From Bilabrum cf. latius (taxonomy: Eukaryota), in assembly GCA_965178125.1 (NCBI GenBank), contig OZ237741.1, positions 434,001-498,000 on the forward strand: a stretch of DNA of 64,000 nt, in the 5' to 3' direction. Position 1 is the first letter of the stretch. Each line of letters starts with the position of its first letter. The position numbers and the translations under genes are program-made. The notes below the pieces were generated by a model. The model did not search any database and was not told the DNA's origin. It was given only the letters and a program-made list of their open reading frames with translations. Below are positions 49,601-59,163 of this stretch, one piece after another.

Positions 49601-50705
49601 GCAGCCGGTTCTGGTGGATGGACTGCTACCCGTGTTCGACCCCAAAGTGGGCTTCCGCAAGATCAACCCCGCCTTCATGCGCAGCAAGGCCCGTGGCGAG
49701 ATGTGGCCGTCTGTGCTGGAAAAGGCCTACGCCAAGGCCATGGGATCCTACGCTGCTCTGGAGGGTGGCCAGCCCCACGACGCGATGGCCGACCTGACAG
49801 GCGGCCAGTCCAAGCGGCTAGATCTGCTCAAGATGCAGGAGGAGATTGCCTCCGGGTCTCTCTGGAGGCAGATGATGGAGGTGCACAAGAAGAAGGGGTA
49901 CCTTGCCTGCGGCTCCCCCACTGGCACGGACACTCCCGTCAACAAGGCCGGCATCCCTCAGGGCTTCGCCTTCGCCATCACCGGGGTCAGGGAGGCAGAC
50001 GACGGTCACGGGAACAAGGTGAGGCTGGTGAAGATCCGCAGCTCAGCTGGTGAGGTTGAGTGGAGGGGCAAATACAGCAACGGCGACACCCAGCGGTGGA
50101 CCTAGCGCCTTAGGACCCTGATGGAGTTCGACCCCAGTACGGCGGCCGATTCTGGCGAGTTTTGCATGGCCTTTGACGATTTCGTGCAGCAGTACGACCA
50201 CCTCTACATCTGCAGGACCTTCACGGGGGCCAATTGGCACGTGGCGCGAGCCTCGAACGCGTGGATCAAGGGCAGCACGGCGGGCGGGTGTCCGTCCTTT
50301 CCCGAGACTGTGGTCAGCAACCCCCAGTACTACCTGCAGGTGTCCGAGCCGTGCACCGTGCACATCTCGCTCAAGATCGTGAATGTGCATGCCGCGGCGA
50401 GCCAGGATCAGGAGGCCGGCATCCGCATCGGGCTCAAGCTGTACCAGAAGCAGGGCAAGCGGCTTAGCCAATGCTTCTAGGCAGAGGAAAGGGCGGCAAC
50501 TCGGCTGTTCGAGGAGGGCCTGAGAGAGGTCACCATCAGCGCGCAATTGCAGCCGGAGGGTCATCCCCTTACGCTACTGCCATGCACATTCTATCCGGAT
50601 AGCGAGGCGGCTTTCGTGATCACGGTCGCATCCACCGCCCCGCTCCAGGGGCTGGGACCGGGTAACACCCTCAAGCTGATCCCTGCCAGCGTTGGTGCTA
50701 GCTGA
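43690..50705 (+). CDS. Large multi-pass transmembrane calpain-like protein (DEK1/TML-type architecture), catalytic triad substituted, ~2286 aa
   Basis: ATG 43690; intron 43986-44140; one frame with 10 TAGs (43717, 43936, 44316, 44649, 44652, 45930, 47265, 47652, 50103, 50478). Many TM segments, a charged coiled coil, CysPc (NGEWQPVLVDGLLP, EMWPSVLEKAYAKAMGSYAALEGG, DLTGG, GEFCMAFDDF), domain III (W..GSTAGGC, NPQYYL). TGA 50703. Confidence 0.88.
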
Positions 50706-51025
50706 AGGACCGTGTCAGTGGCGGCGAACTAGCCTGTTTCGTGCTAGATTTCTGAGGAGCATTTGGTGAAAGTGCCGCTACCCGTGCGAATCCGTATGGG
50801 TGCGCGGTGCGGCGTGCTAACCCAAGAGTCGGGTTCGGGTTACCCGACCACGATAAGTATGGATACAGGGCTATAGGACGATTTTTAACCACATTATTTT
50901 ACAATAAAGTTCAGGATCCGGGTACCCACGCTAACAGCTGGGTACCAAGCTGTCCCTGCTACTATCCGGATACGCTGTGGCCAAACCACGACCGCAAAGC
51001 CCAATCAGCAACCATCCCAGGAAGC

Positions 51026-54000
51026 TCACACTGATGCAGCTGCTGCCCCATTGCCCTTAGAAGATGCAGCAGACGATGGCTTGGCGGCACCAGCATCCAC
51101 AGAAGCCACCTAATCAGGTTCGGTGGCAGTCTTGGAGCTGCTACCCTGGGTCTGCCCTTGCTTCTGCGTGTAGCTCCATATAGCCAGCCCGACGGCGACA
51201 GCTGCAATCAGCCCGGCCAGCACGCCGATCGCAATGATCGTCCCATTGGAGCCTTCGTCGTCACCATCGGAGCCCGTCGTCTCAGCAGGAGGCAGCGACC
51301 CGCTGAACACGGCCGGCGACCCTCCACTCGTCGACACGCTGGTGGCCACGTTTTGGAATACCGCGCTGTTCTCGGTGGCCAGCTCGGTGGCCAGGGTGCC
51401 CGAGGACACGCTGGCAACCAGAGTCGAGGACAGCAGTGCAGCCTCCTAGGCGCTCTACGCCGCCACGGCCACGGTGACCTCCTGCTGGGAGCCTCCTGCT
51501 CCCTGCAGCCTGCGGCCCGCGCTTGCGCCCGGCACCTTGACTGCCACGCGGGACGCCTCCACGTCCAGTACAGAGGCGCAGGCAGCCTGCAGGTCGGGAG
51601 CCGCATCGCAAGAGAGGTCTCCAGCCACGCCAGCCAGGCTCAGGCGGGCCCCTGCCACGGAAGGGTAGTCGCCGCTGGTGTGGGCATCGGCAGTGCCGGG
51701 GCAGTACTCGCTTGTGAGCTCCTCCATGCCCATGGCAACGGGTGCAGCGGACGTGCTGGGCGTAAGGGATGGACTAGTATCGGGCGCCGTGCTAGGAGAG
51801 GGCTCGCCACCGTCACCTGTGTCGCCACCGCTGCTCCCGCCATTTCCGCTGGCAGCGGCTGGGCTGGGGCTGGAGCTGTTGGCGGCCACTGGGCTACTGC
51901 TGGCGCTGGGGCTGGGACTGCTGCTTGCACTGGGGGTCGGGCTTGGCACCGTGTTGGGTCCGCACAGCAGCTCTGGCTCCACGCATGTGATGGTGCCATC
52001 CATGCCAATCACGGAGCGGGTCTGGCCCCCGTCGCCCTTGTTGCACACCACGCCACGCTACACCCCGTCCCCGTTGGCATTCTGGGGCTGGATGGTCAGG
52101 ATAGGACTGGTGGGGTCCGTGCGGTCGCATGAGTACCTGTAGCAGCCTGCGGCACTTCCGCTTATAATGTTGCCGTGCTTGAGAGAGGTGACGAAGCACG
52201 CCGAGTCGTGCTGGCTGCCGTAGTAGGCGCCGATCTCCTGCCACAGGGCGGCACGGTCCGTTCCTGCCTGACTCTCTCCGCACATCCAAATGCTGGCGAT
52301 GTATGGCAGCAGGTCCAGCTGCTCGAGATTGCCGGCCTTGTTTACTTCGCTAAAGTACCGGAACTCCTCCTCCATGGCGAACCCGTAGTACGATGCCTGG
52401 CACTGCCCCGTGGCCCTGAGGTCGAATGAGCAGTAGTTGGTGGGACCACCATCGAGGCAGAAGAAGGGGTCATCGTTGCGGACAGCCGACGCGGTCTTGA
52501 CCACCTGCAGGTCAGCGTAGGGCTGGGTGGGATCTGCCGGGTACACACCCCTCTTCTTGTGGATGTCGCAGCCGGCCTGGTGGCCCCACTCCCTCCCGGG
52601 GGAGACGACCAGGTGCGTGGAATCGTAGTTGCCCTAGTACCACCCAGAGGCCTCGAAGAAGGCCAACGTCATTGGTGTGATCATGTTGTACTCCATGGAA
52701 ACGGGGGTCATGAGGTCCGCGAACATGGACCTCTGCTCCCAGTGGGAGGCAACCAGCCCGCAGGACGTGTCCTGGTTCTCGAGCTCGGGCCCGTTGATCT
52801 CGTTGCAGGCGAACCACTCCCGGGCGGCTTGCTTGGTCTTGGGCAGCACCACGCGCTGGGTGCACTTGTCCCTGCCGATCCTGGCGGCGTCCTCGATGCT
52901 GCTGCACGCGGGCTGGCCCCGCTCGCTCGTGAACTCGACCATGCTCGCTGGGAACTTCTCCTGGCTGCCGCAGCGCTGGGTGGAGATCGTGGGGTGCCAG
53001 CCGTTGGAGTCCGTGGGAAACAGGGGGTCGAGCGTATCGGGATCGCGGAACAGAGCGAAACTATCCGAGCTGAAGCCTAGAGAGTGCATCTGCGCAAGGT
53101 GACTCAGTCAATGGCAGCGTACGGATGTGTGTCACGATGCGGAGTTGGAGCATGATCGGGACAGTGCCGGAGACTCTAGCACCAATGGATCCTTTTTCAT
53201 TGTAGAACATCGTGCCCCTCAGGTTACCTCACCATCTCATGCACAGCAACCATGGTCTACTTGCGAGCAGCAGCCGGGCTGTTCTTGAGCTTGGTCGGGC
53301 ACTGGTTGTACCGGCCTGCGATGCAAAGGTATCAAAGACACAATATAAATCGGTATTCGGGCAGTGGGATAATACAAGCGGAAGGAACAGCGAGCATTTT
53401 TGGCGCCCCTTACCTGCAATTGGCCTGTCGATGTCGTCCCGTAGGCAAGCGGATGCGTAGGCAAGCGTGGCTGCCCCGCACACATCAGTGCTCTTAGCAG
53501 TAACAACAAGAATGAAGTCCGCGTTAGGTGCCCCGGTCCCTCCCGGCACCGTCGTTTCGTCGCCATTGCTTGAGTACTAGGTTGCCTCACCGTAGTAGCT
53601 CTCACTGAGGACTTCGCCACCGCACGATCCATCCCCCGTGCGAATCTCGCCGCATTTCCATTCACCGTTGACCCAGGTCTGGGAGGCGCACTTTCTTCCG
53701 AGGAAAAGCACAGAATCGTCGGTGCGCTGCCGCACACGCATTGTGTCCTGAATCATTGCCACGGCTGGCTCGACCACGTTTGTCTTGAAGTACGCCAGAT
53801 CAGAGGCACCGAAGGCGGTAACATTCACGTAATCAACATGGATTCGAAGCGGTCGCCACTGCTGCTCCTCAAGAGCCCGGGCGGTTCGAGGATGCGGCGG
53901 ATGCCTCTCGGGGTTCAGAACGCCTCTCGGCGCCACGACAGGGCTCTCTCCGGCGTCAAGCAGAGCCTAGCGCTGCTCCTCCATATCCTACTCATAACCA

Positions 54001-54083
54001 CAGAAAGACCCATCGGCATGCACGTGCGCATGTACCGACGCGAACGAGGCGAATGCAGCAACGGCTGAAGCTAGCGTCAGCAT
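51026..54083 (-). CDS. Leishmanolysin/invadolysin-like M8 metalloprotease with C-terminal TM, copy 1, ~938 aa
   Basis: Signal peptide MLTLASAVAAFASFASVHA; WRPLRIHVDY, ADFILVV, RPIAG|RYNQCP (intron 53316-53413), VHEM|MHSLGF = HExxH (intron 53090-53232), GPELENQ, SHWEQR, TLAFFEASGWY; Ser/Pro linker; TM IIAIGVLAGLIAAVAVGLAIW. TGA 51026. Confidence 0.9.
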
Positions 54084-54500
54084 CGCTCTCTGCGTCCATC
54101 TCGTGAACAGGTCAAAAAGGGATACATTATAGATACACAGGCCCATTATGGCTACATTGTGGTCAATCGGAATATGCTTGTAAGATTGCAGGCCGTTGCA
54201 ATCTCAAAGCAAGAGTTGGAGCCTGGTTCTACGCAATCGTGCTCTATTCCATGGTTCACGGTACACAAGCACGGGGAAGTGTTTCTCGAATCCCAGATCG
54301 CCCAGAAGTGAACTTACAGTTAGTAAGATGCGTGCTGTGGGACAACTAGCCAGCAGAATCGGCTGTCACCAGTTTGACGACACGCCAGACCTGGAATTTT
54401 TTTCAAAAGTGAAAAAAGAGTGAAGAAAAGCCCAAAATTTTTCCATAACGAAACTAGATAATATGTATGAATCGTCATATTTTCACGATGCTGGCGCACA

Positions 54501-55592
54501 ATGCGCACATGTGGGGAGGCGTGGCGCGTCACGCAGATCTGCCCGGGGTGTCGGAAGCAGGGCAAGGTAGTCGAACTGATCTAGTCAGTTCGCCACGGTG
54601 CCACGTGCAAGGACAAGCGTGTCTGCGGAGGCCTTCCAGGCCGCAGGCACTTCCGGGTGCTCAACGTGCTCGAGCAGGTGGTCCGCGAGGCCATGGGCAG
54701 ACGCCCTATCCGGGAGCCAGAGGGCCAAGTGGCCCGGCTGCCGGGTCGGCGCGGTCCGCTCGTGCCACGAGGCGACCTGTTCTTTGAGCACGAGGGGACG
54801 GCTTATCTCATCGATGTCACGGTGGTTGATTCCACTGCGGCAACTTACCGGTGGGACCGCTCGTCGTGGAGGATTGGCAGCGACTGGCAAGAGGGGTCTG
54901 CTTTGCGGGCCGCGCATGCCACGAAGCTGGCCAGCTACGGCAGGGCCGTCGACCTCGGAGCGCTCGGCGTCCGGATCGGAGGAGAAGACAAGTGGTGTCC
55001 TGGGACCGTGAGGACGCAGAAAGGGGCGGTACGCAGTGGCGTGCGGGTCGTACCCTTTGTGGTGGACGTGTTGGGGGGAATCGGGGAGAAGTCGGTCGAG
55101 TTCCTGCAGGTGCTCGACAAGTTGCGGAAGAAGAGGCAGGAGGACAAAGGGCGGCGGGTTTCGACTCGTCCGGCCAACGCACGCCTCTCGTGGTCTTCCG
55201 TGGCAAAGGCTCGCCTCTCCGTTGCCGCCTAGCACCAGCACGTGCGCGGGGAACAGCGTGTGTACCACACTGTGTACTCACGGGTCATGCAGGACCACTC
55301 AAGGATCCTCGATTTTGTCTCGAAGGGATCGAGGAGGGCTGCAGCGAGGGCCAAACGGGCGCTCGCAAGGGCGGTCCGGGAGGACTTTGCCAGCCTGGCT
55401 GTAGGGGCAGCCGAAAACAACAACCTCGCCGTGGTGATCGCCAACGGCAAGGCAGGGTTGGCTCAGAACGGGCAGCAGGCCGGGGTGCCGGCAGCGGGCG
55501 CCAGAGGGAACGTGAATGCTGACGCTCCCCAGGGGGAAATGGGTCCCCAGGGTGGAACTTAGGTGGTTTAGGCCATTGCAGCTGAAGCGTGA
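54501..55592 (+). CDS. CCHC zinc knuckle plus restriction-like (PD-D/ExK) endonuclease, as at the C-terminus of RLE non-LTR retrotransposons; no RT; ~363 aa
   Basis: CPGC..*SVRHGATC..RRHFRV, RGDL..LIDVTV, ATKLASY, VPFVVDVLGGIG..SVEFL, RLSVAA*. TAG at 54582, 55230, 55560 and 55569; TGA 55590. Confidence 0.72.
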
Positions 55593-55728
55593 AGTCTGGT
55601 AGGTCCCGGGCCCTCGTTCCAGATGTTTCTTCGTGATAGCGTGCGCTTTTGAGTTGAGTCCACAAAATATCAGATCCCCCCCAAAGTGGAAGCTACGTAG
55701 TCTATGCTACCATCTGCAGGTGAAAGTG

Positions 55729-57671
55729 ATGGCGAGAATAGGAGAAAAGATCAATGTCATCCGTTTTCCACCTTGGTTCAGTCTAAATCAAGAGCCAGAA
55801 TTAAGTCAAAGGGTGGGAGACGCAGACCCCAGATCTAAAGTCCAGTCAAGGGCAACCAAAACGCCGTCGAACTTAGACCAGTGTCAGTACAGTGAAGGGA
55901 AAAGATCGCGAAAAGTTGATTAGCCAACGTAGGCAAGCGCTGAAACCATAAAAAGAAACCTCGTGAAGCATCCCCTTGGAAAATCCATGTCCGAGGCGTC
56001 CATACAATCGAGACAGGATGACTTTCTAATGGATTCTAAAGTTTACTGCATGTGCTGTGGAAAATGTATCACTGCGTTGCGATGGGCAGCTGCGAAGAGT
56101 CACCTGGTTAGTACGCACGGTGGAGAACGTGTAGATGCTGGACTTGATCCAAGCGTCGTGCACGGTGACATTCTGCTTGCTGAACAGCAGCGTTTTGGTG
56201 GGCCACGGGCAATTGCTGAAATAATTGAGGGTTCCCGTGTGTCAGAATCCGCCGCCGGTGCAACGGTGCAGGACAAGCATGAACTACGAAGGACAGGCCG
56301 GCTTGCAGTAGCGCTTGCCAAGCAATCTCAGTAGCAAAGAGAACCCCAGACAGCGATAGGGCGGTTACTACCCGCCGAGCCGTTAGAAGGTATATTAATG
56401 CTGTGGGCAGGACCGTTGCCCCTGTTTTGAGAATAGTGTCTGCAGCCATCCAGGCATCACAGGCCCAACAGAGCTTCCGATCTCAACACGTGGAAACCAT
56501 GTTGCACGTTCGGCGCGTGCTATCAACGTTTGTACAGAGGAATGGGTGTGCATATGTTGCAAGCAATGGTTTGATGGGCTCTGCAGGTGCCCCAGCGGCC
56601 GATGCAGCTGCTGTTGAGGCTGGGACAGCTACTGCTGAGGCCGGGGCCGCTGCTGCTGAGGCCGGGGCAGGTGCTGCTGAGGCCGGGGCAGCTGCTGCTG
56701 AGGCCGGGGCCGGAGCTGTTGAGGCTGGTGTCCGCACTGATAGCGCTATGGTCGACGACACAGGAACTGCGATAGCGCGTTTAAGTCCAGTGAATACGAG
56801 CCTCTGGCATGATGTTGTGGATGCATGCGCTGCAGAGGGCGGAGGAGCCGGACTGGAACAAGCTCACCGGGAGCTGATATACACATACCTACGTCCTGCT
56901 CTCGTGCTTGCGTTTAAGAAGTATGATGAGCGGCTTGGAAGGATGCACAGCCTATTGGATCTCACCCGGCTGCTTGACCACAGGCAAAGTAAGGCCGTCC
57001 GCGAGTCCGTGTTCTCAATGGTCCCGAGGTTGAGTAGGGTAGTCGGCACGGCGTTTGCTGAGCGGAGATTCGCAGGGTCACTACAGGACTTGGTCATGGA
57101 ATGAATCAAGTTCCTGACGCATGATGTGTCAATAGTTGCTGCAATTAATGCAGCTTAGGGCATTGACCCGCTTGAATTTTGGATGGGAGCTCCGGGTCAC
57201 TGCAGACAGATGCAAGCGCTTGCTGCAGAACTTCGAGCCGCTTGTCTGTCCCAGGCAGGCGTTGAGTCGGTGTTCTCGATTGCGAGCAATTTGTAGAACA
57301 CTCGTGCTGCATGTGAGCATCCGGACACGTTCGTCTCGAGAGTGATTGCTAGTCATGCAAAGTCGTACTTGATGGAGGTGGCGCAGGCATGCACAGTCAA
57401 GATGGACGAGATAGACGCCTCTGGGATAGCTGCGTTGGATGCCGCTGGCTCTGAAGGCTAGAGCAAGCAAGCACACTCTGGTGCTGGACATAGTGCCGCC
57501 GAGTTGCAGTAGAGCAGAGTGGGGCAGTCAAATGTGTTGCAGCCTGGTTCAAGTGGCAGCGCCAGCAGCAGTGCCAGTAGCGCCGTCAGTAGCAGCGCCA
57601 GAAACAGCTCCAGCAGCAGGAGTAGTGCAAGTCTAGGCTCCCGAAGTTCTGGAGTAGGCCTCTCAACCTAA
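55729..57671 (+). pseudogene. Degenerate hAT transposase (BED-like zinc finger and C-terminal dimerisation domain)
   Basis: VYCMCCGK..AKSHLVSTH finger; C-terminal DPLEFW..MQALA..LSQAGVESVFSIA. Frame change near 56330-56400, internal TGA at 57102, ends TAA 57669. No recognisable central DD region. Confidence 0.7.
56607..56729 (+). repeat. 21-bp tandem repeat, about 6 copies (AAAEAGA), inside the transposase remnant
   Basis: Units of the form gctgctgctgaggccggggc(a/c). Confidence 0.85.
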
Positions 57672-59163
57672 AAATAGAGCACAATGGCATCAGCAGTCAC
57701 GCCGTACTGCCCATAGCGGGGAACTGAGCCATAGTTTAGGGGCCTCCAAGTAAGGTGCAGTTTCGAAAACCAGATTTTGTGTAGATGCTATTCAGCAAAG
57801 CTCGTGGACCGACCTGTCTCCCTCAGTGTCGAGACAACCAGACCCCGGCGGGGGGTAGGCGCAGTTTGGGTGCCATGTGACGAGTGGGAGGGGGGTGTCC
57901 ATCGACCTCAAATGCCCCCAGCCAGCGCCCCCCCCCTCCTGCTGCAGTCATGCACCCCGATTCTGGCCTTACAGGCTGAAACAGCTTCTATTTTGGAAAT
58001 CATGGTATTTGTTTGAACTTTGAATTGAATACTGCCTATTCTCCCTTTTGTATCGCCCATATTGAGTCGATGATAGCTGGAGGACGTCGTTAGCGCAAAT
58101 TGAGAATCCACTGGTCGCAACCTCGGAAGATGGTAAATCTGGAACAATACAGATTTGGGCAGTTGCGTAATGATATCAGACCACCTCCAGAACATCATCT
58201 TGGAGGCGATGTGAGCATATACTAGCATAGTATATAGCTTGTATTTGTATGTAAATATCAAATATGCCTTTATTTATTCAATTGGCGCAATGTGGGACGA
58301 GATCTGGGGGGGGGGGGCGGCGATCGGCCCTTCCTGGGGACCGCCGGGGCCCCCGGCATCCGGCGCCTCCCCCCCTCCGGCGCCGGGGTCTGGAGACAAC
58401 TCTGGACAAGCAGGAAACTCCGGTGATGAGTGGTCGGTGGCGCCGCGCAACCGCTCAGCGGAACATGCAAGAGACCCTGATCACAGTGTCGCATCAGAGT
58501 CGAACGCTTCGCGTTAGGTATCGAAAGACTGAAAACTGATGTATTTATACAAGTGAAAATACGTGATCCGATCCTTCTCTGCAGTGTAGAAATCTCCAGG
58601 TCTGCACGCCTGTAGACTATTGCGATTTTGATCTTCTTCTTGAAAGTTCAGGTACATCGGTTGCAACCGATACCATACTACGCAGGGTCAGCGCGTCGGC
58701 TGCGGGGCTGCAGTACCCGCGCAATGGTAAGGGGGTGGATTCCGAGGATGTGGATGGGGTCTCGCTCGATGCTCCTGAGGGAGAGAGCGACCATGGACAG
58801 CCAGACAGAAGCTTCATATCTGTCGACGTGCATTGGGAAAGTGGCGTGTTCAGGGAATCCAGGATACCGCATTCAGGTGGGCTAGTGATACGTTATTTTA
58901 CGGACGGCTAGTCAAGAACCAGTCGTTCGGGAAATTAACACCGATACAACGTGGTTAGATGTATGCTGTCCTATGCAGCACCCATTGTTTGTTCATGCTT
59001 GATCTTTGGGGTTAAATCGAATTACGTTTATCAGTTTGCTTTCCAGTATACTTCAGGATCCGGGTACTCACACTAACGGCTGGGTACTGTGCTGTTCCCC
59101 TGCCACTATAAGCTGTGGCCAAACCACGACCGCAAAGCCCAATCAGCAACCATCCCAGGAAGC

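Larger units (their letters stand above)
54386..58604 (+). mobile_element. hAT-type DNA transposon (degenerate, probably non-autonomous), 4219 bp, short TIRs, 5-bp TSD CACGC
   Basis: Left end CAGACCTGGA (54386), right end TCCAGGTCTG (to 58604). CACGC at 54381-54385 and 58605-58609. Subterminal inverted TATTTTCAC/GTGAAAATA. Matching empty site tttgacgacccgcctgt at 62516-62532. Internal hAT transposase remnant. Confidence 0.82.

Noticed and set aside
57102-57104. In-frame TGA in the transposase as evidence of UGA=Trp
   Set aside because: It is a single case in a frameshifted, decayed element and is best read as a TGG->TGA nonsense mutation. TGA terminates all intact genes.
58610-59050. Short ORFs between the transposon and M8 copy 2
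   Set aside because: Short, no motifs, low coding-like bias.
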